From a virus, in the IMG/VR virus record IMGVR_UViG_3300025141_016305, positions 111,012 to 175,011 of that record: a stretch of 64,000 bases of DNA; one strand, 5' to 3'. The notes beneath the pieces are model-generated. The model was not told the DNA's origin. It searched no databases and saw nothing but the letters and a program-made list of their open reading frames with translations. The position numbers were made by a program, and so were the translations under genes. Positions within the stretch are counted from its first letter, which is position 1, and every line of letters begins with the position of its first letter. Shown here piece by piece: positions 10,895-21,060 of the stretch.

Positions 10895-11557
10895 TTATTG
10901 CGGGTCTTCTACTCGTATTAACAAATTGCATGCATCGGCTTGATTAAAACATCGATCGATAATGCACTGCTCGTCAGTAAAGCGACCAGCAGCGTCGACG
11001 CAGTTTGCCCTAACACAATTAGCAAAGTTGATATAGGCATTCTGTGCAGCTGCACTATACCGGTCCATGCACATGCGGCTGCATTCCACTTGTTCTTCTT
11101 CCATCATATATTGGCCACAATTTTCCTGATCAAAACAACCAACCAATTCAAGACACTCAGCTGCTACGGCGCGATCTACTCCGGTGTCGGGAAACTGACT
11201 ATCACTGCCGGTGGATGGCTGATCCTCTTCTACTGCCGGAGTGAAGTCGCTCATCGGTGCGGTACCGCCTGTTGGCTCGGCGGATTCTTCTTCGGTCATA
11301 ATTCCTGCCATGACGCTAGGGGAGTTTGGAGTTTCTTGGCCGGCCGAGGGAATGTATTCATTAACAGGTGGGGTTTGCGTGTTGCTTGGCGTACATCCGT
11401 ACCGGCTGCCTTCGAGAGTTAATTGTTCAGTACACTCAAGCCCATCGCCACAGTCGAAATCGCCAGCATTGCAGTTGCCGCTAGGAATGTGCCTTTTTTC
11501 TTTTTCGCACCCAAAAAGAAAAATAAGTGTTGTTAATAGTATAAAAATTAATTTCAT
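10895..11557 (-). CDS. Cys-rich lipoprotein
   Basis: Signal peptide II with lipobox LFGC; Cys-rich N- and C-terminal modules joined by an acidic Pro/Thr linker. Confidence 0.75.
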   Translation of the reverse strand: MKLIFILLTTLIFLFGCEKEKRHIPSGNCNAGDFDCGDGLECTEQLTLEGSRYGCTPSNTQTPPVNEYIPSAGQETPNSPSVMAGIMTEEESAEPTGGTAPMSDFTPAVEEDQPSTGSDSQFPDTGVDRAVAAECLELVGCFDQENCGQYMMEEEQVECSRMCMDRYSAAAQNAYINFANCVRANCVDAAGRFTDEQCIIDRCFNQADACNLLIRVEDPQ

Positions 11558-11560
11558 TTT

Positions 11561-12217
11561 TTATCCTTTTTTTCTTGTCATCTTATCATAATATTCGCCA
11601 ACTTTAAATGATTTACCCGTGGTCGCAGTAGTGCCCGCGAAATCTTCATCATAGGCAAAACCAGGAATAACTCTAAAATCAAAACTAACTCTTGTCGCAC
11701 CTGTCTTATTGGTTTTGTTTCCGTGGCGGACTTGATTTAAATAAGCAAACAAAAATTCGCCATATTCCAACTCTATTGGCTTAAAGTCTCCTAGGCCTGG
11801 TAGGGTTTCTGACCAGATTGTATTAGTTCCGTAACATTTAGTGATGGGCAAAAAGATATTTACCTCTCCTAATGGGTGCTTATGGTTAGAATCCCCATCG
11901 CAGTGCCAAAGATAGACTGCTTTTGCCCCAGGTCTATGAAATCGAATGTTCGGATATTTTTGATATATAAGCGTATCGTCTTGAAACAAGGGAAATACAA
12001 CCTTTCGAAGGAAAGAGGTATATAAGTTCTCGAATTCTGGCCAGCCATCATCAATCTTTTTATAGAAAGCTTTATGGAAAGGTGTGTGAGTATCCTCTCC
12101 TAGTGCCAAATTTTTCTTTCGATCGTGACTGTCTAAATCTTCTAGGGGCACCTCGTATAAGGCGCGTACAAGCTGGGAAAAAGGATATTTTTTTGTATCA
12201 TACTTTATTATTTTCAT
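11561..12217 (-). CDS. StrG-like 2OG-Fe(II) oxygenase
   Basis: YQKYPNIRFH, WHCD (HxD), HPLGEVNIFLP, RHGN...RVSFDFRV. Confidence 0.7.
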   Translation of the reverse strand: MKIIKYDTKKYPFSQLVRALYEVPLEDLDSHDRKKNLALGEDTHTPFHKAFYKKIDDGWPEFENLYTSFLRKVVFPLFQDDTLIYQKYPNIRFHRPGAKAVYLWHCDGDSNHKHPLGEVNIFLPITKCYGTNTIWSETLPGLGDFKPIELEYGEFLFAYLNQVRHGNKTNKTGATRVSFDFRVIPGFAYDEDFAGTTATTGKSFKVGEYYDKMTRKKG

Positions 12218-12232
12218 TTATACTCTCCAATT

Positions 12233-13312
12233 TTAGTAATATTGTTTAGAAAATTTAATTATTTTTTCACAAATATAATCAATTTCTAAATTTGTTAAAT
12301 CCGGAAACGATGGAAAAACTACCACTTCCTTGTTTATCAATTTTGCATTTATATCTTTTCCGGAAAAATTTAAGTGTTTATGAGCCCTGTAGGAATAAAA
12401 CATTGGCCTAGTATCGATTGCCGCGGCCATAAAGAAATCTTTTGCTACATCATATCCTTTTGAACCTGGTATTTTAATTCCGAACATCCACTTTGAATGA
12501 GTAGTATTTTCTTCTTCTATTTGCAGTTTCACGTTGGGGATGTTTTTTAAATTTTCTTTGTACCTTGAAAAAATTCTTTTTTTACTTTCGATGATACTGT
12601 TGCTATCTTCTAATTGCCCAAGAAGCAGAGCAGCTTGTATATTCGTCATTCTATAGTTGTATCCTAATTCATCATGAATAAATCTGACTTCGCTCTGCCC
12701 TTGTCCTCTTAGTTTTGAAGCGTATTCATAAATATTTTTATCATTTGTCAAAAAAGCACCACCTTCACCACAAGTTATATTTTTATTGCCGTAAAAAGAT
12801 AGTGAAGAACACAGGGATTGAGTACCAGAAGAATAGCCGGCATAAGACCCAAAAAAACCCTCACAGTTGTCTTCAATAATTGGACAATTAAATTTTTGTT
12901 TCAAATCTGGGACGTTTATTATGTTTCCCAAGTTATGTACAGCAAATATCGCGCTTCCCTCTTCAACCTTGTCTATTTCCATATTCCAAGTATTTAAATT
13001 CAGATCGACACACTCAACTGCCCATTCATTATTATCATACACTAGAGAATTGTAAGCTGCAACGTAACATGCACTAGGCACTATAATCTTTTTTATATCT
13101 GGGCGTGTTTTTTTTAGCGCTCTTACCACAAGGTGTGTGGCAGCGGTACCATTATTAGTAAGGAGTGCATATTTGTAGCCTCCTACTTCTGATAGTTTTT
13201 CTGAAGCTAAATCAACATATTTGCCTGTTGAAGATACCCAGGAAGACTTTATGGCATCATTAGCATAGTGCGCGCTTTTCGCGGAGATAGATGGCTTATA
13301 TACCGGAATCAT
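12233..13312 (-). CDS. DegT-family aminotransferase, GDP-perosamine synthase-like
   Basis: MIPVYKP, SWVSSTG, NNGTAA, IEDNCEG, SFYGNKNITCGEGG, GYNYRMTNIQAA. Confidence 0.88.
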   Translation of the reverse strand: MIPVYKPSISAKSAHYANDAIKSSWVSSTGKYVDLASEKLSEVGGYKYALLTNNGTAATHLVVRALKKTRPDIKKIIVPSACYVAAYNSLVYDNNEWAVECVDLNLNTWNMEIDKVEEGSAIFAVHNLGNIINVPDLKQKFNCPIIEDNCEGFFGSYAGYSSGTQSLCSSLSFYGNKNITCGEGGAFLTNDKNIYEYASKLRGQGQSEVRFIHDELGYNYRMTNIQAALLLGQLEDSNSIIESKKRIFSRYKENLKNIPNVKLQIEEENTTHSKWMFGIKIPGSKGYDVAKDFFMAAAIDTRPMFYSYRAHKHLNFSGKDINAKLINKEVVVFPSFPDLTNLEIDYICEKIIKFSKQYY

Positions 13313-13718
13313 TTTCTCTTCTCATAAAAATAGTATCTTCTGTTTCTTTAAACTTGCTGAATTCGAATGTTTCATATACATGAATTGCTCTTTCGTTGTC
13401 CCTATCCACTGACAAATATATCTCTCCAGAGTACGAATCTATAAGCTTTTTCATTATCTTTTTGCCATAACCCTTTCCATAATGACCTTCTTTCACACAT
13501 ATTCCAAGCCACACTTTGTCGGATGCGTGATCTAGATCTAGGTGACCATAGCCGATTGCGGCCGTATCTATCAAAAGAAAAGTGACAATATGGTTTTCAA
13601 TCGCGGTTTCGGGTGTGCGATTAGAATAATATCTAAACTTTTTTTCAGACGAACCTATTGAATGTATAAAATTTCTCAAAGTAGAAATATTATTCTGATC
13701 AATTTTTAAGAATTTCAT
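13296..13718 (-). CDS. GNAT N-acetyltransferase
   Basis: WLGICV...YGKGYGKK (motif A), LSVDRDNERAIHVYE. Confidence 0.85.
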   Translation of the reverse strand: MKFLKIDQNNISTLRNFIHSIGSSEKKFRYYSNRTPETAIENHIVTFLLIDTAAIGYGHLDLDHASDKVWLGICVKEGHYGKGYGKKIMKKLIDSYSGEIYLSVDRDNERAIHVYETFEFSKFKETEDTIFMRRENDSGI

Positions 13719-14679
13719 TTACCTCTTCTACACAAGTTTCAGCATGTTTTTTCGACCCTATTCGAGTATGGTTTTGAAAAGTCACCGCATCCCATCCGGC
13801 TTCACTACACCTTTTTGATATGTGCGCGCACGAATCTTTAAAATTTTCAAAAGAAAATGCGGCTTCCTCTTCTTTGGATAAGATATGTACATCTCCATAA
13901 AGGTTTGTTCTAGAACCTATAGTGTGATTTTCTTCTCCTGGTACGCCCATTCGCCCCTTATAGGCCAAAATGCTCTTTTGAGGTCTGATTGCAACTCTGT
14001 TCGGATGATGTTTTAGAACATAATTAAAATAAAGCTCATAAGTTGTAAACAAAAGAGGTAACTTATCATGAGCCGGTTTTGGAGATGGTATGCAGCGATA
14101 CTCTTGTTGGGTAACTGAAATATCTGCCTTCCAAAATGGCATATTATGACGCTTTTCAACCCTTTCAAACATCTCTTTTAGAATATCTTTTTGAATCAAC
14201 ATATGATGACATATTCCAGAATATCTACTTTGCTTTGTCAGGCCGGGAATTAGCTTTTCCATATGTTCTAAATACGGGTGCTGAGTGACATGGCTTGGTA
14301 TATCATAACTTGCATTGTAAAGAGCAATATCATCTTCATTTATAAATTCTGTTTCTTTTAAAAATATAGTGTCTGCATCACAAACGAGTACATCTCTTTC
14401 CAAATCAGGAATAACTAGAGCCGAAGTTGTTTGTATAAGGCCTCCATAATAGTTAAAAGTTTTTCTATGGAATCCTACAATATCTCCAACATCTGTAAAG
14501 GAAAACGGAAACTTCTCTTCTGAATAAAACTCAGCTTTATCTGTTAGCTTTTCTTTGGATACAACTATGATCCTTCTAACGTTTTTTACATTTTTTCTGA
14601 TCCCGTCGATACACAGATCCAGAGTATCGGTGTCTTTTCTATGAGCGGGTATAACTACGTCTATCATACTAATTTCCAA
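13699..14679 (-). CDS. GT-A fold glycosyltransferase-like (DUF6492-like)
   Basis: IDVVIPAHRKD, VCDADTIF (DxD), ICHHM, YELYFNY. Confidence 0.65.
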   Translation of the reverse strand: MEISMIDVVIPAHRKDTDTLDLCIDGIRKNVKNVRRIIVVSKEKLTDKAEFYSEEKFPFSFTDVGDIVGFHRKTFNYYGGLIQTTSALVIPDLERDVLVCDADTIFLKETEFINEDDIALYNASYDIPSHVTQHPYLEHMEKLIPGLTKQSRYSGICHHMLIQKDILKEMFERVEKRHNMPFWKADISVTQQEYRCIPSPKPAHDKLPLLFTTYELYFNYVLKHHPNRVAIRPQKSILAYKGRMGVPGEENHTIGSRTNLYGDVHILSKEEEAAFSFENFKDSCAHISKRCSEAGWDAVTFQNHTRIGSKKHAETCVEEVNEILKN

Positions 14680-15497
14680 ACATCATAATAATCACTTTTC
14701 ATATGATTCATATCGTGAAAAAACATCCCATTGCCAAAACTACTATACCATTTTTGATCTTCATGTTTAAACTGTTCAACAAAGTCTTTACTGTGTATTA
14801 TCTTTTTATGTTTTCCAATCATTCCGGCGGCGAGGACAAATGTGCTCGAACCTGCAATAAGTACGTCACACTCTGACAATATTGAGAAATCTGCCATATA
14901 GTTGTTTTCTGGCTTGAAATAGAATCGAATGTTTTTGTTTTTTAAATATGTGTATGTTTCGTAAAAAGAAGGATAGTTTATATCTGGATCATCCGTACAG
15001 AGCGCAAAAATGATATCATTATCATATTCTTTCAACACTGTGTCTATTGCTTTTATATAATATTCTGCAGGGTGTATTTCTCTCCCATTCATTCCATCAG
15101 CACCTCTGGTATCTCCTCCTCTTATGTGAATTCCCACCACCGCTTTTGAGTCGTGTATCAAAGATGCAGGATTCCTTAGTTTAATAAAATCTCGGGGATC
15201 TTTTTTCGTTACTCGATAAAAAGGACCACACAGAGATAGTGTGTGTAATCTCCAGTTACCGCGGGAGTACGTGTCTATTAATTCTTCTTGATTTTTATAT
15301 ATTAAATCACCGAAGGGTATTTCTTCAGCTTCTATTTTGTCTTTTAAAATATCACAGGTTTGTTCAAAGCTATGATAACTATCCCACATAGCTGTTGAGC
15401 ATGGTTGCCCCAACATGCTCCCAAGCTGCATTAGAGTATTAAAATGAAAAATTTTGTTTCCATGTCTTCCTCTTGTCTGTTTGTCTATTATAATCAT
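14664..15497 (-). CDS. GT11-like (alpha-1,2-fucosyltransferase family) glycosyltransferase
   Basis: GRHGNKIF, GIHIRGGD, TDD, DF...SSTF. Confidence 0.75.
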   Translation of the reverse strand: MIIIDKQTRGRHGNKIFHFNTLMQLGSMLGQPCSTAMWDSYHSFEQTCDILKDKIEAEEIPFGDLIYKNQEELIDTYSRGNWRLHTLSLCGPFYRVTKKDPRDFIKLRNPASLIHDSKAVVGIHIRGGDTRGADGMNGREIHPAEYYIKAIDTVLKEYDNDIIFALCTDDPDINYPSFYETYTYLKNKNIRFYFKPENNYMADFSILSECDVLIAGSSTFVLAAGMIGKHKKIIHSKDFVEQFKHEDQKWYSSFGNGMFFHDMNHMKSDYYDVWKLV

Positions 15498-15498
15498 T

Positions 15499-16158
15499 TT
15501 ATTTATTCCATTCCGGTAGGTGTTCTACTTCCTTAATAGGGTACCAATAAGTTGTCATTGCAATGCGGATCCCTTCTGATATTTCTTTTCCTCTATGTAC
15601 ATACGTAGAATCAAATAAAACGCAAGTTCCGGCATTTCCTGTCACTTCTACTATCTTATCATCTCCAAAATTGTTGCGAATATAAGAATCTTCAAGTCGA
15701 AGATTGGAAAAAAACGGCAACTCTGAATTTCGGGCCTTGGACCCCCTCAAGAACATAAACGGACCGTTTTCTGATTTGACATTTGTGAGATATATCATTG
15801 ATTTAAATTGTGCCGGCTTTTGACTATCCAGATGCCAGCCTCCCCCGGAGTCTGAGGGACTATCTTGTGCAAACTTTACAACATTTGACTGTACATTTTC
15901 TGGGAGGTGGCAATTCGAATATTGCTTTGCTATATCATATATAAATTTGTCATTTTTGAAATCAGACGCACATAAACTATATGGCTCTGATGGGCGAAGT
16001 CTGAGGTCTCCTCCTTGACCTGAAGAGAATGCTTCCAGAGGGGCTTTGGAAAGTTCCTTTATAGCCATGTCGCATTTTTCTTTGTTCCAATAATCTCGAA
16101 GTATGCATATGCCTTCTTTTCGAAGAATATTTAGAACTTCATGTATCATGTGGTTCAT
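15499..16158 (-). CDS. PhyH/2OG-Fe(II) dioxygenase
   Basis: GWHLD, YLTNVKSENGPF..GS, AGTCVLFD..HRG..R. Confidence 0.8.
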   Translation of the reverse strand: MNHMIHEVLNILRKEGICILRDYWNKEKCDMAIKELSKAPLEAFSSGQGGDLRLRPSEPYSLCASDFKNDKFIYDIAKQYSNCHLPENVQSNVVKFAQDSPSDSGGGWHLDSQKPAQFKSMIYLTNVKSENGPFMFLRGSKARNSELPFFSNLRLEDSYIRNNFGDDKIVEVTGNAGTCVLFDSTYVHRGKEISEGIRIAMTTYWYPIKEVEHLPEWNK

Positions 16159-16942
16159 TTATTTTTTTCCATTTCCATTTCCATCGATCTTCAATTTCTC
16201 TTAACTTTAGTGTTTTTTCAGAGTTGCTTAAAAGATGGTGCTTAATTGTATTTCCATAATTAGCACCATGGTGTTGGTGGTCCCAGGCTGCGCGGTCGCG
16301 ATGAGACTCTCCAGAAGTAAAATAGTGACTTAACTTTCCATAATGTAATATTACTGGGTCTTTTTCTACATCTTCATAAGGTCTCGGGGTGTTGATAGGT
16401 TGATTTGACGGTCGTACTCTATGTTGAGTTATATCATACTTTAGAGTATGTCCGGGAATGTTTTTCACTAAAAAACCTTTCCTATAGGACGTTCCTATTT
16501 CCCATGGGTCCCATCTTATAATTTGGCCATTATTTCCTACATAACTATCGACTCTGTAGTGGTTTTCGTCTCTCCATAAATGAATCCATGGGAAAGTATA
16601 CATATTGACATCGGGATCTAAGCCTCCATTTTTTATCCAATCTGCGAAATTAGCAGAAGGTATTTCGTCGGCATCTAAAAACAAAAAATAATCCGGGTTA
16701 TATTTGTAACAGCGATCTAATATTTCTTGTCTCTGCAGGCTGCCTTGCCTGTCTTTCCAGTCGTGTGGAGGTCTTTTGTATATTTCCACGTTTGGATACT
16801 TTTTGCAAATCTCATATGTTTCATCATCACTTTGATCATCGCTAATCACTATTGCGTCACAAAATGTTGATAAAGCTTGTATTTGTTTATCAGCTATATA
16901 CGCGGCGTTTTTGGCTGGTATGCCTGCTACTATTTTAACCAT
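16139..16942 (-). CDS. GT2-family glycosyltransferase
   Basis: DDQSDD.T, FLDADE, ILHYG. Confidence 0.8.
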   Translation of the reverse strand: MVKIVAGIPAKNAAYIADKQIQALSTFCDAIVISDDQSDDETYEICKKYPNVEIYKRPPHDWKDRQGSLQRQEILDRCYKYNPDYFLFLDADEIPSANFADWIKNGGLDPDVNMYTFPWIHLWRDENHYRVDSYVGNNGQIIRWDPWEIGTSYRKGFLVKNIPGHTLKYDITQHRVRPSNQPINTPRPYEDVEKDPVILHYGKLSHYFTSGESHRDRAAWDHQHHGANYGNTIKHHLLSNSEKTLKLREIEDRWKWKWKKINEPHDT

Positions 16943-17198
16943 TTATACTGCTCCAAATATTAGACACATAAAGACTTGGGTCTTCATCGATTATCTCTTT
17001 CTTTACCGCTACAATTGTTGCAGCCCCGGGGCACAAACACTTTGGATGCACTATTCCTCTGGCTCCGGCATCAATAACAAAAGAAAAAAAGTTTTCAGGA
17101 TACGCGTCGTGCATGTATTCTCCCACTTTTCGGTGATTGTATTTTTGAATTTTTGGAAATGCCCACGATACACTTTTTTCACTAAGGTCTATTCTCAT
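16935..17198 (-). CDS. Small hypothetical protein, possibly a truncated methyltransferase N-terminus
   Basis: 87 aa, coupled to both neighbours; 'VIDAGARG' resembles SAM motif I. Confidence 0.45.
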   Translation of the reverse strand: MRIDLSEKSVSWAFPKIQKYNHRKVGEYMHDAYPENFFSFVIDAGARGIVHPKCLCPGAATIVAVKKEIIDEDPSLYVSNIWSSING

Positions 17199-18274
17199 TT
17201 TATTTCTCCCTTGTTTATTGTATATCTAACTAGTCTAGTTAATGGCGTTTGTATTCCCTCCAAAACACACAAAGTATATACACTCGGATCCTCAGAAAAT
17301 GATACAACATGAGGAGGGCCCATGTGGGTTGCCATAGATGAAACACAACCACTTTCTCGACTTTCCTTCACGGATTCCGGGTCTTGAGAGAATATGCTCC
17401 CGGCCTCTTTCCAATGAACTCCATCTTTTGATGTCATTATTAGTGTCTTTTTATCAAAATATTTTCGCTGTGAGCCGTCTGGGGTTAGGATTTCATTTCT
17501 AAAAAAATGAGAAAATGCAATGTACCCTTTTTTTGAAGAGAGAGGATATGCTCCCATAAAGTAAAGATTTTCATTTTCAAAATCAAAACCAGGATCTTTT
17601 GTTATCAACTTTGGCACGGACCAAGAAATTAAATCTTTTGATTTGATATAAAACACATGGCGTACGCCCAAGGCCTCATTTGATCTCAAGTACGCTACAT
17701 ATTCTTGTATATTCTCGTCGTAAAAAATACTTGGCATATTATCTGATCCGATTATTCCAGATTCACATTTAGTTAAATTACTAAGAACTGGCTTGTCATG
17801 GTAAAGACTCCACTTAATTCCGTCTTCTGACTTGAAAACATAATAACCATTTGCATGATATGGGTGGTGAAAATCATCTCCAAAAATAAGACGCTCTTCC
17901 AAAGGCCAACATGGACTAGGAACATTAAAAAGTTTTGCTCCTTTACTTACTTGACAATCTCTCAAAAGAGGGTGGCTCGGGCCGGCGTGGTAGCCACCAA
18001 TAGCTTTATATTTCTCTCCCGGGGGAGTTCTGGGATTTGTGTCAATAAATACTCTAAAGTTTTCTATTGCCAAAGAATTAACTAAAACAGTATTGTTTTC
18101 AGGCTTTATAAACACGTTGCTATTCTTTTTAGCGAAGCAAATAGCTGAAGGGTTGTCTAGTCTGTAGTAAATTTTATCTCCTGCAAGATGTGAATACACC
18201 CCTGTCCAAGTCCCGTTTTTTTCCCGCGGCGTTTCTCTCAAATTAAGCATTGTTTCATGTCTTTGCATTTTCAT
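17195..18274 (-). CDS. Beta-propeller glycoside hydrolase-like protein
   Basis: Three Asp-box-like repeats: SEDGIKW, SKDLISW, SKDGVHW. Confidence 0.6.
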   Translation of the reverse strand: MKMQRHETMLNLRETPREKNGTWTGVYSHLAGDKIYYRLDNPSAICFAKKNSNVFIKPENNTVLVNSLAIENFRVFIDTNPRTPPGEKYKAIGGYHAGPSHPLLRDCQVSKGAKLFNVPSPCWPLEERLIFGDDFHHPYHANGYYVFKSEDGIKWSLYHDKPVLSNLTKCESGIIGSDNMPSIFYDENIQEYVAYLRSNEALGVRHVFYIKSKDLISWSVPKLITKDPGFDFENENLYFMGAYPLSSKKGYIAFSHFFRNEILTPDGSQRKYFDKKTLIMTSKDGVHWKEAGSIFSQDPESVKESRESGCVSSMATHMGPPHVVSFSEDPSVYTLCVLEGIQTPLTRLVRYTINKGEIK

Positions 18275-18900
18275 GAATTTGGTTTTCCTTTAAAAGTGAT
18301 ATTTTTATCAGATTGCTGTATTAGGGAGAGTATTGTATTTTTTGCAAGATCTCCGCCGTGCGCGCTGGTTTGGTTCATTTTTCCATCTTCTGTATAAGTT
18401 CCATTTTTCCATAAGTAATGCAAACTGGACTTTGTTTCCTCTTTTGAAAAATAATAAACATCTTTCCCAGTTTGAAAAAAGTCAAACCCTATCAAAGAAA
18501 TAGTATCATGATCTGGGCTATTTAAAAAATAATGAAATGCCATTACTCCTGTTGATGGCCAAAAGCCATATTGTTTTTCATAAAGTTGTTTGACATAAGC
18601 TCCATAATCTTCAAAATAAATTACTTGGTGATCTGGAAGAAAACACTTGTTTGGAGGCACAATATCTCTGCTTGTATTGAAAACTCTTTTTAGGCCTAAA
18701 TTGTTAATAAACTCTTTACTATACGGGAACGGATCTCCTGCATTTAGAAAATGATAGGTTGCCCTGTTTGATATAAAATGCTGATATTTTTCCATTGGAG
18801 GAAAATTACAAATTGCAATTTCGTCAAACGAATCAACAAATTCTTTAGTGCTATACTTAACACTGGGTCCTTTTCCTATTATTGCAACTGATTTTTTCAT
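18271..18900 (-). CDS. GT29-like (sialyltransferase-motif) protein
   Basis: VAIIGKGPS...VDSFDEIAICNF (sialylmotif-L-like), PSTGVMA...LIGFDF (sialylmotif-S-like), downstream His. Confidence 0.7.
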   Translation of the reverse strand: MKKSVAIIGKGPSVKYSTKEFVDSFDEIAICNFPPMEKYQHFISNRATYHFLNAGDPFPYSKEFINNLGLKRVFNTSRDIVPPNKCFLPDHQVIYFEDYGAYVKQLYEKQYGFWPSTGVMAFHYFLNSPDHDTISLIGFDFFQTGKDVYYFSKEETKSSLHYLWKNGTYTEDGKMNQTSAHGGDLAKNTILSLIQQSDKNITFKGKPNS

Positions 18901-18902
18901 CT

Positions 18903-19676
18903 CTAACCCCTTAAGCTTAAGGGTATTCTTTTATCGTTTATGTCTAATTCTTCAATATCAAAATCGACATCAGTGTCAAAAGGGTATTTCTTGTTCTGTA
19001 TTGCATCCTCTAACAAGTCTTTTTTTGCGCAGAATCTATACTGTGGGTGACTATAAGTATGCAATTTATGCACCATCTCTTCAGCAGACATGCACCAAGA
19101 AAAATGGCCTCCGACATATTCCTCTGTGTGTCTGGGAAAATCTCTCCAATTATTGGGATAGGCCGGGTTCATTAAGCCATAATATGTTGCAATTGGAGAA
19201 GTAAAATCCTTGTTTCTCCATAAATAATTTTTCTTATAAAAAAATTGCCTAAGCTTAAGCCCTATTACTCCGTACTTCTCCACTTGTTCTTTGATGTATT
19301 CAATTTTATCACCATAAATAATCTCATCAGCATCGATTGATATAACGATATCATTTGGAGAAAAATTATAAAGCTTAGTGAACCAACTTCTCATAACTGG
19401 TTCGTTGATATTGTGTATATCTGCCTCGTTATTATATGCTTCAACTGTATGGTCATGAATAGAACATTGGTGATATTCCAACTTATCTTGTAGTTCAATT
19501 GGGATATTGTCCTTAATATTTCCAAACTTAAAATCTCTTTTCATACCAGTATGATTGACATCAAATTCACAGACTATCATCTTCTCTAAAAAAGGATAAC
19601 ACTCTTGTAAATTTGCCCTTATAAAATCAATCTCATGAGGAGCATAACAATATGTCTTGAGGTATAATTTGCTCAA
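18903..19676 (-). CDS. GT17-like glycosyltransferase
   Basis: VCEFDVNHTG, ISIDADEI, GGHFSW...KL..YSH. Confidence 0.7.
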   Translation of the reverse strand: MSKLYLKTYCYAPHEIDFIRANLQECYPFLEKMIVCEFDVNHTGMKRDFKFGNIKDNIPIELQDKLEYHQCSIHDHTVEAYNNEADIHNINEPVMRSWFTKLYNFSPNDIVISIDADEIIYGDKIEYIKEQVEKYGVIGLKLRQFFYKKNYLWRNKDFTSPIATYYGLMNPAYPNNWRDFPRHTEEYVGGHFSWCMSAEEMVHKLHTYSHPQYRFCAKKDLLEDAIQNKKYPFDTDVDFDIEELDINDKRIPLSLRG

Positions 19677-20326
19677 CTTTGCACTCTCAATCGCGAGGCA
19701 CCTAAAATGTTTATTGGTGGAACTTCTTTGCTTAAATCATACACTTTTCCTTCGTATGAGTATATTTCGTCACCCATTTCAATATTAATATCATTTTCCC
19801 AATACAACTCCACAACAAAGCTAGATCTAAAAAAAGGATAAAGGCTGTTAAGCTCTGGTATATCTACCGTTTTATGAACTAAATTTCTTCTGGGTCTTAC
19901 TATTATCTTTTCGTTTGAATCATCATAATAAACCCACCATTTATGACCATTAGGATCATGTATGTCGTCCCCAGAAACAAGATTATCTATAAGAGGTGTT
20001 GGCACTTCAATGTAACCTCTATCTGAAATTCTGATCATTTCTTTTATAAAAGATATCGGATCTCTAACATGCTCCAAGATGTGACTTGCCCAGCAAAAAT
20101 CAAATTGTTTGTCTTCAAAAGGGAGTGGAAGATTATTTAAATCGTGAATTATCAATTCCTTATCTTCTGGCTTTTGATCCCAATCATTTAAATCAACAAA
20201 CGTTGAAGCATGTTCGCAGGACCCGTTTTCTCCACTACCTAAATCTACTACGTTCCATTCAGGGTTTTCTTGTAGGGTTTGTAAAATATCAAACCTGTTA
20301 CTTCTTTTAATCATACCAATCTCCAT
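19673..20326 (-). CDS. Class I SAM-dependent methyltransferase
   Basis: VVDLGSG, LPFEDKQFDF..ASHILEHVRDP, YIEVP. Confidence 0.88.
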   Translation of the reverse strand: MEIGMIKRSNRFDILQTLQENPEWNVVDLGSGENGSCEHASTFVDLNDWDQKPEDKELIIHDLNNLPLPFEDKQFDFCWASHILEHVRDPISFIKEMIRISDRGYIEVPTPLIDNLVSGDDIHDPNGHKWWVYYDDSNEKIIVRPRRNLVHKTVDIPELNSLYPFFRSSFVVELYWENDINIEMGDEIYSYEGKVYDLSKEVPPINILGASRLRVQS

Positions 20327-21060
20327 ATTTCATAATCTTTATTTCCGCCGGCGGCGCGGAGGTCACACCAAAACTTATCGTTTTCCGAAACTCGATAAGT
20401 AACCCAATCTTTTGAATGAATTATTTTTTTATATTTACCAATAAACCCAGCTGAAATACAGAAGGTCGATGGACTCGAAATTATATGACTGCACTCAGTC
20501 ATAATAGAAAAATCATGTGCATAGTTGAGTCTATTCCCTGTGTTTTTACCTATAAAAAAATCAAGATTATTTTTCCCTAAATAATCTTTTACTATCTTAT
20601 AACTCTCCAGGCCTGGGTCGTCTGTAAAGAGGACAAAACTAGATACATCGTTTTTTACTATATCTATACTATCACAGTAATATTTACTTTTTAATATAGA
20701 TTTAGGATTCCAATCTTTAAAGTCTGTACCTCTAAAATGGATCGCGCAGACATTATCTGATATTATTGGCTTCTCTTTTAGGTTGAAAACTTCCCTTGTT
20801 GAAATTCCGGATTCTTCGAAGAATTTATCTCCGAGACAAAAATCAAAAACTTCAAACCCTTCCGCTGGTGGGGGATGACCAACAAGATCCCCTTCAAATA
20901 AATTATGGCCATGAAATGGAGTACAAAAATAATTCACACCTCTTTTGTGTGCTTCTTGCCTAAGATTGTAGTAGTATATAAGCCTATTTCCAAAGCCGCA
21001 ACCAGGCATGTTCATTATTCCAAGCATTATTTGCTTTCTCTCACGCACAACGGTTGCCAT
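20311..21060 (-). CDS. GT11-like glycosyltransferase (second copy)
   Basis: GFGNRL, AIHFRGTD, FTDD, DF...PSTF. Confidence 0.72.
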   Translation of the reverse strand: MATVVRERKQIMLGIMNMPGCGFGNRLIYYYNLRQEAHKRGVNYFCTPFHGHNLFEGDLVGHPPPAEGFEVFDFCLGDKFFEESGISTREVFNLKEKPIISDNVCAIHFRGTDFKDWNPKSILKSKYYCDSIDIVKNDVSSFVLFTDDPGLESYKIVKDYLGKNNLDFFIGKNTGNRLNYAHDFSIMTECSHIISSPSTFCISAGFIGKYKKIIHSKDWVTYRVSENDKFWCDLRAAGGNKDYEIWRLV

